NCBI GenBank assembly: GCA_030390025.1
Contig: CM059437.1
Span: 53,072,001 to 53,136,000, forward strand
DNA length: 64,000 bases
From: Squalus acanthias
Taxonomy: Eukaryota
Direction of reading: 5' to 3'
Part shown: piece by piece, positions 37,779 through 50,690 of the stretch
How positions within the stretch are numbered: position 1 is the stretch's first letter
Layout: each line of letters begins with the position of its first letter
Notes under the pieces: generated by a model
Told to the model about the DNA's origin: nothing
Database searches by the model: none
The model's input: only the letters and a program-made list of their open reading frames with translations
Translations under genes and position numbers: made by a program

Positions 37779-38988
37779 TGTAGGCTTCGCAAAATCCCCC
37801 AGAAACTCGAACATAACCCTAAGTGAAGTGATTTGAGGTAAAACCCTCAGTTTTGTACATTTTAAAAGATCCGGGAAGAAAACCCTGAGGAAAATGACTT
37901 TTTGAATCTTACTGGTGGGAAAGACACCTTTTCACAGACACCGACAGGCTGCAGAGGGGCGTGGCCAGGCAGTGTATCAAGCTGTCTTGGAATGTGTTTA
38001 CACTGCCTTCCTATCAAGGAGGAAGAGACCAAACCCAAAAGCCTCACACACACATCGAAATATGAATAACCCAACACCTCTTTTGAAATTCCCAGGCCCA
38101 CACAGGATGCCAGGGGCCTGAAATCAATAAAACATTTACTTCATCAAGAACCAATCAACCAGGTATCCACAGGACAGATTTAAAGCCCGCCAATAGACCT
38201 TGGACAATAGGGATGAGATTTGGCGCGTGGTTAAAGGCCTTGCCTGAATCGGAAAACGATCAGGACATGTTTAACACCAAGTTAAAGCCATCGGAACTGG
38301 CAAGCCCACCATAACTAGCAAATTGACTAAACAGGGCTCATTTGAAACCTAAAGGAAACCGTTTTAGTAAGGGGTTTTGGGCGCGAAAAGGACAATATAA
38401 TTGGAGCCTGTCCCAGGGCTCACTCTCTTTTGGATTCGCTGACAACGATGGCACAGCTCTCTCTCTGTCTCTCAGCCCTGCTCCAGAGAAGACAGCACAA
38501 GCCACGAGGAGGAGGAAGAAAGGCCAACAACTCCACAAACAGACCATCACACAAGAAGAAAGCAGAGCGACTGCCTCAGTGACCATCGGACACGTCACAG
38601 CAATAAGGGCCTTACGAAACTCAAAAGACTCTAGAACCCTGTCAAATCAATTCGTTTGGTGAGCATTATCCCTGATCTCCTGAAACCAAAACCTAGCTAG
38701 ATAGTGGGATCTTTGGGAGGGATAAGTTTTTTTTGTTTGGTATATTGTCTTCCTCCCTCGCGTGTACCGCGTGTTCCCCAACCTGTGTTTAAGTATTAAG
38801 TGTGTTTTAAGTTTGTTACCTTTTTCTTTTAATAAAGTCAAAATTCTTTCATCAGAACCTGTTGTCTGTTGCATTTTTTATTCACAACCCCTAAATAAGT
38901 CCAAAGTCTAGGAACCAGGGGCGTGGGAGCGATTCGAACCGCTCACTGAGTCAGAAGGCGGAGGCTGACCCCATTACCACCCCCTACA
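37779..38988 (+). mobile_element. Solo LTR (1210 bp)
   Basis: TGTAGG...CCTACA termini, 4-bp TSD ACTG, AATAAA at 38831. The host LINE is contiguous across it. Confidence 0.88.
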
Positions 38989-40898
38989 ACTGCCATCCCA
39001 TTGTATACCACTGTGCCCTCACCTCTATTAGGTCTGACCTGCTGGTAGGACATGGATGGTGATGGAGGCATCTGGGACATTGGCTGATAGTTATGATTCT
39101 GTGAGTATGACTATGTCAGGCTGTTGCTTGACTAGTCTGTGGGACAGCTCTCCTAACTTTGGCAACAGATGTTAGTGAGGATAACTTTGCATGGTTGACT
39201 GGGCTGAGTGTGCCTTTGTCATGTTTTAATCCAATGCCGAGGTCACAGCCGAGAGGTACATTCAGTTTTATTCTTCTTATTCTTTGCAGCAGTTTGAAAA
39301 AACTGAGAATCTAGAGATGCTAGACCACTTCAGAGGACAGTTAAGCTTCAACCGTTTTGGTGTGGGACTGGAGTGACATATAGGCCAGACTTGGTAAGGA
39401 TGTCAAGGTTTCGTTCCCAAAGCGCATTGATGAACCAGTTGGGTTTTTACGACAATCCGACTCCTTCATGGTCACTTTTGCTGACATCAGCTCTTTATTC
39501 CAGATGTTTTTTTAATCCACCTTTGAAAAGACTGGAGAGGCACATGCAAAAGATATGAATATGTAGTTCACATCACAAGGGGTTGCATCTCTTGGGTTAC
39601 GCTATCCTAGACTTAGGGTAACACTGGCTGACTCCTAAATGTAAGACACTCAGACCAAATATGAGTGAATAGCTCCACTGCAACCGACACAATATTCAAC
39701 AGCAGACCTGAATTTATAACTTTTGGTAGTTGTTCCCTGGGTTACTGAGTTACACTGCTGATGAAATCGGCCTCAAACAGTTAGAATTTAGAAAGGAACA
39801 GAAACAGAAACAGAGACTGCCTGGGTTTTTATTTTATTTTTCAATCCTGGGATATGGGGGTCGCTGACAATGCCAGCATTTATTACCCATCCCTATTTGC
39901 CATCGAGAAGGTGGTGGTGAGCCGTCTTCTTGAAACCCTGCAGTCCGTGTGGTGAAGGTACTCCCATAGTGTTGTTAGAGAGAGAGTTCCAAGATTTTGA
40001 CCCAGCGACTATGAAGGAATGGCAATATATTTCCAAGTGTTCCCATGCGCCTGTTGCCCTTGCCCTTCTAGTTGATAGAGGTCGTAGGTTTGGGAAGTGT
40101 TGTCGAAGAAACCTTTGCGAATTGCTGCAGTGCATCTTGTAGATGGTGCACACTGCAGCCACGGTGCACTGGTGGTGGAGGGATTGAATGTTTAAGGTAG
40201 TGGATGAGGTGCCAATCAAGCGGGCTGCTTTGTCTTGGATGGTGTCCAGCTTCTTGAGTGTTGTTGGAGCTGCACTCCTCCAAGCAAGAGGAGAGCATTC
40301 CATCACACTCCTGACTTGTGCCTTGTAGATGGTGGAAAGACTTTGGGGAGTCAGGATGTGAGACACTAGTCGTAGAATTCCCAGCCTCTGACCTGCTCTT
40401 GCAGCTACAGTATTTATTTGACTGGTCCAGTTAAGTTTCTGGTCAACGGTGAATCCTAGAGTATTGATGGTGGGGGATTCGGTGATGGTAATGCCGTTGA
40501 ATGTCAAGGGGCAGTGCTGAATGCGGGCATGGACTACTTCATTATCTGAGGAGTTGTGAATGGCGCTGAACACTGTAATCATCAGCGAACATCCCCACGC
40601 CTGACCTTATGATGGAAGGAAGGTCATTGATGAAGCATCTGAAGATGGTTGGGTCTAGGACACTGCCCTGAGGAACTCGTGCAGATGGTGGAAAGGCTTT
40701 GGGGAGTCAGGAGGTGAGACAATAGCAGCGGAATCCCCAGCCTCTGACCTGCTCTTGTAGCCACTGTATTTATGTGGCTGGTCCAGTTAAGTTTCTGATC
40801 AATGGTAACCCCCCAGAATGTTGATGTTGGGGGATTCGGCGATGGTAATGCCGTTGAATGTCAAGGGGCAGTGGTTAGGCGCTCTCTTGTTGGAGATA

Positions 40899-41485
40899 TG
40901 ATGTGGAGATGCCGGCGGCCATGCAGACACTGAGACAACGTATGAACGGACACCGCGCAACAATCGCCAGGCAGGAGGGTTGCCTCCCAGTCGGGGAACA
41001 CTTCAGCAGCCAGGGGCATTCAGCCTCGGATATGCGGGTAAGCGTTCTCCAAGGCGGCCTTCGAGATACACGACAGCGCAAAATCATAGAGCAGAAACTG
41101 ATAGCCAAGTTCCGCACTCATGAGGATGGCCTCAATCGCGATATCGGGTTCATGTCACGATACAGAACGTGACTTGACATCATGGCCGGTCTTCCGAGGT
41201 GTTTTTTTTTAAAAAAAAGACTAACACAAGAACCTACACAGATTGACAGGATATGCAGCCAGCAGGTGGTTTGACACGTTGGACCCCCTGGGACACATCT
41301 CATTGTCTTGGCTGTGCTCTTTGATGTAGGAAAGATTTGAATATATTTTGTCTGTGTTTAAATTGTGAATTCTGGGAGACTCTCTCACTGCTAACTTACC
41401 TGACGAAGGAGCGAACTGTTCCGAAAGCTTGTAAAATTAAATAAATCTGTTGGACTATAACCTGGTGTTGTGCGACTTCTCATTT
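40899..41485 (+). mobile_element. Penelope-like element 3' fragment (GIY-YIG C-terminus and terminal repeat)
   Basis: QTLRQRMNGHR...PVGEHF...EQKLIAKFRTHEDGLNRD. 12-bp flanking repeat TTGTTGGAGATA at 40887-40898 and 41486-41497. Confidence 0.88.
41396..41434 (+). ncRNA. Minimal type I hammerhead ribozyme in the Penelope 3' end
   Basis: TTAC-CTGACGA-A-GGAGCG(AAC)TGTTCC-GAAA-GC-TT-GTAA, with a palindromic AAGCTT stem III. Confidence 0.7.
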
Positions 41486-42589
41486 TTGTTGGAGATAGTC
41501 ATTGCCTTGCACTTGTGTGGCACAAATGTTACTTGCCACTTATCAACCGAATCCTGAATATCATACAGGTCTTGTCGCATGCATGCATGGGCTGCTTCGT
41601 TATCTGAGGAGTTGTGAATGGACCTGAACACTGCAACCATCAGCGAACATCCCCTCTTCTGACCTTATGATGGAGGAAAGTTCATTGATGAAGCAGTTGA
41701 AGATGGTTGGGCCTAGGACACTGCCCTGAGGAACTCCTGCAGCGATGTCCTGGGGCTGTGATGATTGGCCTCCAACAGCCACAACCATCTTACTTTGTGC
41801 TAGGTATGACTCCAGCCAGTGGAGAGTCTTTCCCCGATTCCCATTGAATTCAACGTTACTAGGGCTCCTTGATGCCACACTCGGTCAAATGCTGCTTTAG
41901 TGTCAAGGGCAGTCACTCTCACCTCACCTCTGGAATTCAGCTCTTTTGTCCATGTTTGGACCAAGGCTGTAATGAGGACTGGAGCCGCGTGGTCCTGGTG
42001 GAACCCAAACTGAGGATCGATGAGCAGATTATTGGTGAGTAATTGCCACTTGGATGGCATACCCAGGGATAGTGATGGAGGAGTCTGGGACATTGGCAGA
42101 AATGTATAATTCTGTTCGTATGACTAAGTCAGCTGTTGCTTGACTAGTCTGTGGGACAGCTCTCCCTATTTTGGCATAATCCCCAGATGTTGGTGGAGAA
42201 GACTTTGCAGGTTCGACAGGTGTGCCATTGTCATGTCCGAAGTCAGTGCCGGATGGTCCGTCTGGTTTTATTCTTATTATGGTTTCTTGTAGCGGTTTGT
42301 TACAACTGAGTGGCTTGCTAGGTCATTTCAGAGAGCAGTTAAGAGTCAACCACATTGCTGTGGGTCTGGAGTCAAATATAGGCTAGACCAGGTGGCAGGT
42401 TTCCTTCCTAAAGGACATTGGAGGGAAGGAGATGGGTTTTTACGACAATCCGGTAGTTTCATGATACTAGCTTTTTAGACCAGATTTATTTAATTAACTG
42501 AATTTAATTTCTACAGCTGCCGTGGTGGTATTTGAACTCACAGTCTCTGGATTACTGGTCCAGTAACATAGCCTCTATGCTACCATTCC

Positions 42590-43282
42590 AGAGTTCGGCT
42601 GAATATGCGGAACAGACTGCTTGAGAAAGATTCAAAGCTAAATCAGAACTAAAAGCCACTGATATAGATATAACTGACCACAGTAGTGGCTAAAGCAAGC
42701 TTTAGAGCAGTTGAAAGATTAGCTTAGATGGAACTTGGCTCATAAGGCTTTGATAGTGAAAGAGTTAAAATACTGTTCTGTACAGATAATCTCAGGCCAA
42801 ATGGGAAAGCATTGGAATGAGCTCAGGTAGAACAATGCAAGAAAAACAGCATATAGAGACCTTGAAATAAGCGAACTGGAGCCACCTACTACAGAAAAGA
42901 ACTGACTGGGCCTCATGGAACTGCTAGCAGCTTCGCGCCGAAACCAATCACGTGATATATTGCAGCATTGGACACAAAGGGTTCAAGTCAGTTTTAGACA
43001 CAATAATAGCACTTGGTGCCATTGTTAAACCAAATCCTGAGACCAAAGTAGCGTGTTACAGCAAAACCATTAATACAGAATGCAGTGTATATCTGATCAA
43101 GAACTGACCTGGATTGTTAACGCTCTTGTACCCCGATAGGTATCTAACTTGTGGGTTTAATAGACGTATTTGATTGCTTGTAATCACATATATGTTCAAT
43201 AAATCTTGAAAGTTAACTTGTCTCCAGTGTCTAAGCCTTTCTTGGGACTGGACTGGAAGTCCTATACTGTATCAGTCCAACA
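42590..43282 (+). mobile_element. Possible partial LTR
   Basis: AATAAA at about 43198 and an end in ...CCAACA. The 5' end and TSD were not identified. Confidence 0.35.
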
Positions 43283-43689
43283 TTGTTAACCAGATCAATA
43301 GAGGCAGGAATTGATTTTGTGACATTGGCGGCCAGGGAGCAACGGTGCCAGTATGAGACTGAGGAGAAAGACAAAGAAGGGGCATTCGAGTTATAAATGT
43401 TGAATATGGAGGCTGAGAAGGAGTACGGGGCAGAAGGAGGAGTAACGTAGATAGCAATTAATAAGCGAATAATGCAAATTCGAGGTCAATAAGAGTAATA
43501 AACCGTGGCAACATGACGCTGATGCGAGGGAGAAAGAGCATCATCAGATTCTTGATGTGCCAGTGAAACAGTGAGGTCACGGAAATTAGAGCTATCATTT
43601 TATTAAATTAAATTTTATTCCAAATTTCAAAGAGGGGATGATAGCAATAGTTGTATCTGGGTATTTGAAGTGTTAGTCAAAGACCACAA

Positions 43690-44035
43690 GGAGGACCCAG
43701 AAGTGTACACAGTACTCCAGATATGGTCCAACCAGGGTTTTGTATAGCTGTAGCAAAACTTCCTCCACTGTATATTCTAGCCCTCTAGGCATAAATGCTA
43801 ACATTCCATTAGCCTTTTTGATTATTATTTGTACCTGACTACTACATTTTAGTGATCTGTGTACATGGCCCCCTAAATCTCTTTGGACCTCCATTGTTCC
43901 TATCTTTTCACCATTTACAACATGTCTTTTTTGGTGCAACATGGATGACCACACATTGGTCATACAGTGTAAAATGGACTGCTGATTCACTATCGCCCAT
44001 TTTCTGCTTTTGTCGAAGACCTGTTACAACCCCTT
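43690..44035 (-). mobile_element. CR1 RT fragment
   Basis: ORF 43673-43990 (QRDLGGHVHRSLK...PYLEYCVHFW). Confidence 0.8.
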
Positions 44036-45274
44036 GAGGTCTATACCGCCCCCCCCCCCCCCCCCCCCCCGCACCACCCGAGAAGGAACTCAGAGCGGTT
44101 TTGTCCATTTCAGGCTTGCTGGAGCCCTTGCATGCATCCTGGAGGCAGGTGAGGCTCTGGCAAGCTGGTCATCAAATTGATTTTAGGGATTTCACTTATC
44201 AGGAAGCTCAGGATAGTACAAACCAAGGGGGGCGGGGGGTCAGAGGGGCAGCTGGCTAGTCATGCCCAAGGACTCAGGGAAAGGCAGATAAAAAGTTCAC
44301 GCCTCACTTCGCCGACTGATTTATTATTGAGTCCTGGGAAAGTGTGTTCATTCATACAGTGGGATTTTTCAGAAGCAGGTCTGCACCACATCCCATGCGG
44401 GACGAAATACACTTATAGGAACATACAAAAGTGTCGAACAGGAAAAGATCAACCTGTCCATTCGCCCTGTTCCATACAGTCATGATGCCTTACGTATCAC
44501 GATACAGACACCCCTATCCACCCAGAGCCATCTAATCTCACGGGACAGTGCGAAAAAAAAGATAAAAACACAGACCAATTATGGAAAAAGTGAACAATTC
44601 CTCTCTGACCCCTTTAGGTGATCGAAACTAGGCCAGGAGACCATAGTGACTATGACTTATATTACAGGGCACCTCCCTCTGGTACGAAGTGACCTATTCC
44701 CCAGCCAGAAACAGAACCAAATCTCTCTTGAATGTATACAGTGAATGAGTGTTCACCTCACAAGCCAGCAACCTATTCCTCGGGTCTACTATTCCTGGGG
44801 AAAAGAAGCACTTACGTACCTTACATGATCACGAAGGAGATTGGTGGATTATTTGTCTGGGAACAGAGTGAGTTGTTTATTGAGAATGATGCTGGCTCGA
44901 TTGAGAAATGAATATGTCCATGATAGACTTCAAAGTCACAGACAGATTTGAGTCGCAGAGTATTCTTTGCTTTGGAAAGTGGATAGCCAGGTGTGTGGTA
45001 AGGACAGATAATACAGAATAGTAAGTAGTCCACTGGAGTTACAGCAGAACATACAAAATAAATGTTAGAAGATGTAAGAAAGGGGGAAATCTTCATTTCT
45101 TAGTCTCCATACTAACTAACTGGACTAAATTAAATAAGTATTAGTAGCTATAGTCTTAAGTTTGTATTGTTTTTATTATGTAACTGATATGCAATGCACA
45201 ATGATGCTTGAATAATCATGCTTTCAAAACTAGTGTAATATGCCCTGGGTAGAAGCAGTTAGATTTTAAAATAG

Positions 45275-47590
45275 TGTTGGGCCTCTTCACTAACATTCTT
45301 GACCAATATTTTAAAAGTGCTTCTCAGCAAACTTATTGATAAAAAAACAGACAGCTTGTCTGTGGGAACAGGACTAGCAAGGTCCTGCTTCTTGTGTTCT
45401 TTAGAGTTGAGGTTGGATCAGATCAGCCATGATCTCATTGAATGGCGGAGCAGGCTCGAGGGGCCGATTGGCCTAGTCCTGCTCCTATTTCTTATGTTCT
45501 TATGTTCTTATGTCATATGTGGCTGCCACTGTGTGGAATGTTATGATATCTTCAGTGAATTAAAAACATAGGCCAACAGCAAGGAAGCCATATCTCTACA
45601 CATGGAGACATGTTCCGGTTGTGTTGCCATAGCTACCCCAGATAGGGTGTCATGAGATGAGGACCTGACGGGGTAGGCGGGATCATTAGGTACGTGGCAT
45701 CCCTGTAATTGGACGGGGGGTTCAGGTGCAAGTCAATCATTAGGTTAACTGGTTCCCATAGGCTTTGCTGGGAAGAATAAGAAGGGGTCTCTCAAACACT
45801 TACATTGCAAAGGCAATCGGCAAGGGGCTTGGGAACATCCACCAGACGAGCCGAGGAGGGTTTTGGGTTGGCGGAGGACCCATATGTGTCACACCGGGCG
45901 GACGAGCAAGCCCAGAGGTCAGGTACGACGGGGGTTGACCCGTGGAGATCGTGCATCTCCCCAGGGCCCAACGGGTAATATAATCCTAGATTGTGTCTTG
46001 TTTAACTACTGCTCAGTTGCTGTAATGTATCAAGTCTGACTTTCACTGAATAAAATTTAATGGGCCAAAAATTCGGCTCTCCGGCTTCCCGCGGGTGCAA
46101 GGATCGCACACGTACTTACCTACCGCGCCTGCCGTTGTGCTTCGGGCCTGCATGGATTTCGGGTCCTGGGCCTCCTGCAGCTGCCGGCTTGCAGTGCTTG
46201 CGTATCCCAGGGGCACAGTTAGTTCAAAGCGTCCCCTGGGATCACGTGGGCCATGGAGAGCCAATCGGAGCAGGGAATCTCCATTCATAGATTTTGACAG
46301 GAAGACCTGTCAAATCTATGAATAGAGATCACCCCCATAACCTAACTAAAACTTCAAATAATTTTTTTTTAAATTACATTTTTAAAATAACTATAAATTA
46401 CATAAATTAACTACTTTAAACAAAAATTTTAATTTTTGAAAAAATTAATTACACTTTTTAACGGTGCTAAAAATAAACTTACCTTTCTTTAAAGTATGTA
46501 AAAAAGATAAACATGTTGAAAAAAATTTAAAATTATACTTAATTCACCACTTACCTTTTTAGAAGCAGGCCTTGCACCTCCTTTTTTCCTGCGCAGCTTC
46601 TCCGTACTTCCCCTCATGGAGAATCCTGAAAAAAAAACGAAGTTCGCTGCGTGCGCGCTGCCTCTCTGGCGCACGCGGTTGACCCTGGAACCCCTTCTTT
46701 CACGAGACCGGAAGTTCCGGCTTCCCGTGCATGCGCAATGCATGCGCGAAACCGGCACTTCCGGTGGCCCTGCGGGTGAGTGCACAGCGCGTCCTCACCC
46801 GTGGAGACCCGAATTTCTGCCCCATTTACTCTCACCAATATGGGTCAAGTCAAATCTTTCAGAACTTAGGAGTGAAAGGGTTAATTTGCATGGATTCAGA
46901 AACTCAACAAATTGGCGACCGCAGCAGGATGACTTGACAGATAGTAATTAATAAACATTTTGTTCAGTGGAACTGGGGTCCTGAGATCTGTGGCCCGGCC
47001 AGCCTATTGAGCCAGGAAGGAAAACCTCTGGGGGTTGCAGGACTAATCTCCTACCAGTAGTTGAGCGATCGGTTTTCTAAGCATGGCTAACCTGGCAGCT
47101 GTAGAGCGTGCCAGGGACAGGGAAGATGGGGAGCTGTTCCCTGCCACTGACTTCCTCGCGACTCCAGAAGGCGACTCCTGCCGAAACGTGGTTGCTTGGG
47201 TCCAGAGTCAAACTAACGAGGGCTAGTTCAAATTGGACAAAGGGAAGCGTATGTTGGCTTTTGCAACCCACCTCTGCACGCAACGTGGAGACAAAAAAGA
47301 TGAACAGGTGAGAGAGGAGAAGCATAAAGGGCAGGAGAGAAAGTGGGAGCTAGAGAGGGAAAAGATCTAAGCTGCATGCTAACCCGTCTGAGAACTCAGC
47401 AAAGGAAGGGAAAAAATAAGGAATTAGGGTCTAAGTTGCTGAGACAACAATTTAAAATGCGTAAAAAAGAAAATTAAAGTCGAAACTGACACTGAAGCTG
47501 CCAGCTTCATTGCCGAGAAAAATAAAACACAAGATTACTGAGTGAAAGGAACCTTAAATGGTGCTGGAATTTCAGTTTGTGGGAAAGTGT
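45275..47590 (+). mobile_element. Truncated LTR retroelement: 5' LTR (to 46909), tRNA-Arg PBS (46913-46929), leader and gag-like remnant
   Basis: LTR end CTCAACA followed by TGGCGACCGCAGCAGGA. AATAAA at about 46049. The start TGTTG at 45275 is tentative. Confidence 0.7.
46062..46823. mobile_element. Harbinger-derived MITE
   Basis: TIRs GGGCCAAAAATTCGG and CCGAATTTCTGCCCC. The subterminal 46710-46805 matches Harbinger 22192-22288. Confidence 0.88.
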
Positions 47591-48644
47591 GTGTTGAAGT
47601 GTTTCCACGCCTTGCTTACACTTTTCCTTCAGTAGTTTGGAGTCATGGTTAAGAATGCAGGGCGTGCTGTATAAATGAGAAGCTGTATTGTTTTGGGCAT
47701 CAATGTAACATAGGAGGTAAGGCAGGCAACCTCACGTCCTAACATGGGACCCACTTCTGGGACAAGTGGTCTACTGCTGGTGATTTCGGCGAGGGAGAGT
47801 TGAGTATGTGAGATGCTGGAGTTACTACCATGTGAGAACAGACAGTAATTTCAATACAATGTATACACAGATGAGCAGTCAGCTGACATTTCTAGAAATG
47901 TAAGTTACTTCTTGCTTTCTTTGAAGGCTTCAACCATCACTGAAATATTTCAACTTTCTGCTTTTTGAGCTAATCCCAGCATTAAATTAAATTACAAAAG
48001 TATTTCCAACTCAATCTGGGAGTTAGATTGTGATTAATAGTATTTTTAACACCAGATCATCAAATATGTAAGTGTTGACATATACTCCAATTGTACTCTC
48101 ACTGTCTATACATTTATGTCTAGATTTTCTAAATGCTGCTTTAATCCATGTTGGAATTAACTCAAAAGTGTTAAATGCAAACTCAGTGTGAAGTAAAAAA
48201 AAATTTGAAGTTACATGTGTGAAGAAGGTGAGGACTAAATTATTTCGATGTTTGATTTCTGCTTGTGCTAGTTATTTACCGAAATGTAATAACGATTATA
48301 CATCAAGTCAAATTGGATGCAAAAGATAGGGTCATGAACGCAATGCATTTACAAAGCTATTATTGTTATCAATGGATTTCAGTGCTAAATTGAATCGCTT
48401 TTCCCCAACACTCACTCACAAAACACACCGCAGCTAACACATGTATATAATTATTTATTAAACAAATGTTTCTACGTCACAATTGCAAGGTTAAAGGTTT
48501 CTGCCACAATGTGAATAGATTTAAATCACTATTATAGGTCAGGCGCATGAAAATAGAAAGAAATGCATTGTCAATAACTAAACGCCGTCTTCGAGCATGA
48601 ACGCTATGAATAACAGTTTGCACCGAGTGGGCGGGTTTTCTCTT

Positions 48645-48973
48645 TCATTTGCAGCCTGATCTCTTGATGCTTTGCTTGAGTTGAGACCCGAGAGACTCAT
48701 GTGTAACCCTGCAGGTGTACACTTCGTGCGAGCTCCACTCGGTGGCGGACAGGGTCAGATAACTGCTCACACTGTACGTCTGGTCGGTGTCCCGTACGGC
48801 CCGAGTTGTCTGGACACCAGTGTCCGTGATCTGGCCGTCTACGCTCCACGAAATTTCCACTGACCCCGGAAAAAAGTTATTCACCAAACACACCAGGGTC
48901 GCCGCCTTTGCTGCAGAGATCTGATCGGACGCTGGCGGGAGAAGCGACACCGAAGGGCTAGACGACTCTCTGG
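48645..48973 (-). CDS. IGLC: Immunoglobulin light chain constant exon, lambda-like (cluster B)
   Basis: Intact 329-nt exon with 7 amino-acid differences from the cluster A C exon. Ends SGCK stop. AATAAA at 48454-48459. Confidence 0.97.
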
Positions 48974-49042
48974 CTGTAATGAAAAGGATTGTGTTTATTA
49001 AAGAACGATACTGCAATCGTGTAATATATACTACACACATGT

Positions 49043-49935
49043 AAAACAACAACAACACATTTATTTTTATAGCGCCTTCAACGTAGTAAAACATCCCAAA
49101 GCGCTTCACAGGAGACTTATAAGACAAAAAATTTACATCAAGCCACAAATGATGAAATTAGGGCAGATGACCAAAAGCTTGGTCCAAGATGTAGGTTTTA
49201 AGGAGGCCAGCCAGGGGTGTGTTGGAACAGTCAAGTTTAGAGGTAACAAAGGCATGGATGAGGGTTTCAACAGCAGATGAGCTGAGGCAGCTGCGGAGAC
49301 GGGCGATGTTACGGAGGTGGAAATAGGCCGTCTTAGTTATGCTGTGGCTATGTGGTCGGTAGCTCATTTCAGGGTCAAATATGGCACCAATGCTGTGATC
49401 AGTCTGCTTCAGCCTCAGACAGATGCTCGGGAGAGGGATGGAGTCAGTGCCTAGGGAACGGAGATTGTGGCGAGGACTGAAGACAATGACTTCGGTCATT
49501 CAAATATTTAATTGGAAAAAATGTCTGCTCATCCTGTACTGGATATCGGACAACCGTTGCAGATGATTTTCTGGCTATGATTAGATAGACCAGGCAAGTG
49601 CAGTCCCACCCAGCTGGACGATGGTGGGGAGGCGTTGGAGGAAGATGGAGTGGTCAACCGTGTCAAAGGCTACAGCCAGGTGGAGAAGGACGAGGACGGA
49701 ACAGTTACCTTTGTCACAGTCACAAAGGATCTCATTTGTGACTTTGATGAGAGCCATTTCGGTATTGTAGCAGGGGCAGAAATTGTATTGGAGGGATTCA
49801 AACATGGAGTTCTGGGAAAGATGGGCACGGAATTGGGAGGCGACAACAGGTTCAAGGACTTTGGAGAAGAAAGGGAGGTTGGAGATGGAGCAGTTGTTTG
49901 CAAGGACGGAGGTGTTAAGGGTTGTTTTTTCAGGA
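49043..49935 (-). mobile_element. L2 LINE 3' fragment private to the cluster B intron
   Basis: TEMALIKVTNEIL, AFDTVDHSI, ETLIHAFVTSKLD, and a (TTG)n tail. Absent from cluster A. Confidence 0.88.
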
Positions 49936-49940
49936 GTAAA

Positions 49941-50690
49941 GAAACTCCTTGCTCAGTGGTTGCACTCTCGGTCTCTGAGTCAGAACATAAGAACATAAGA
50001 ACATAAGAAATAGGAGCAGGAGTAGGCCAATCGGCCCCTCGAGCCTGCTCCGCCATTCAATAAGATCATGGCTGATCTGATCCTAACCGCCAATCTACTA
50101 TCTATCACAGAACCATCTCCTGCATCTAACAGAATTGCACACACGAAATAGGAGCAGAATCAGGCTACACAGTCCCTGGGCCCGCTCCACTACCCACAGG
50201 GCCATGACCGATCCGAACCTAGACTCATGTCCAAATTCCTGCCCGCTCCCCGTAACCCTTAATGCCCTTTACTTCTAGGAAACTGTTGTGGGCTCAAGCC
50301 CCACGCCAAAGACTTGAGCAGAAAATGTCGGCTGACACTCCAGTGCAGTAATTAGGGAGTGCTGCACTGGCCGAGGTGCAGTCTTTAAGATGAGACGTAA
50401 AACTGTCGTTAGGCAGCCATCTCAGGTGACTGTAAAAGATCCCACAGCAATTTTGAAAAAGAGCAGGGGAGTTCTCTCTCATGTCCTAGCCAATATTATT
50501 ACTCAACCAACATCAGTAAACAAATTATCTGGTCATTATCACATTGCAAATTGTGGGACCTTACTGTGCACAAATCGGCTGCCACAATTCCAAATTACAA
50601 CAGTGCCTACAATGCAAAAGTACTTCATTTGCCGTAAAGCATTTCCCTGAGGTCGTGAAAGGCGCTATATAAATGCAAGTTCTTTATTTC
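49941..50690 (+). mobile_element. Deu-SINE equivalent to 30267-30712, split by a CR1 tail (49983-50282, minus)
   Basis: The SINE head at 49941-49982 resumes at about 50283. The insert starts with (AACATAAG)n. Confidence 0.85.

Larger units (their letters stand above)
35495..39515 (-). mobile_element. Degenerate long copy of the tRNA-headed LINE family, with a hAT MITE and a solo LTR nested in it
   Basis: 3' tail at about 35500. RT and EN remnants. 5'UTR motifs at 39300-39515 match 4100-4320. Confidence 0.8.
39835..42589 (-). mobile_element. tRNA-headed LINE with both ends present, internally deleted and rearranged
   Basis: tRNA-Thr-like head at 42517-42589. RT ORFs 41800-42093, 41600-41878 and 39893-40582. 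3' tail at about 39835. Confidence 0.85.

Noticed and set aside
39755-39785. CTGATGA as a third hammerhead core
   Set aside because: No stem II or GAAA box follows.
42517-42589. Functional tRNA-Thr gene
   Set aside because: The acceptor and T stems do not pair fully, and it is fused to a LINE body.
44049-44070. Long C homopolymer as a functional G-quadruplex
   Set aside because: It is a simple run at a repeat junction with no supporting context.
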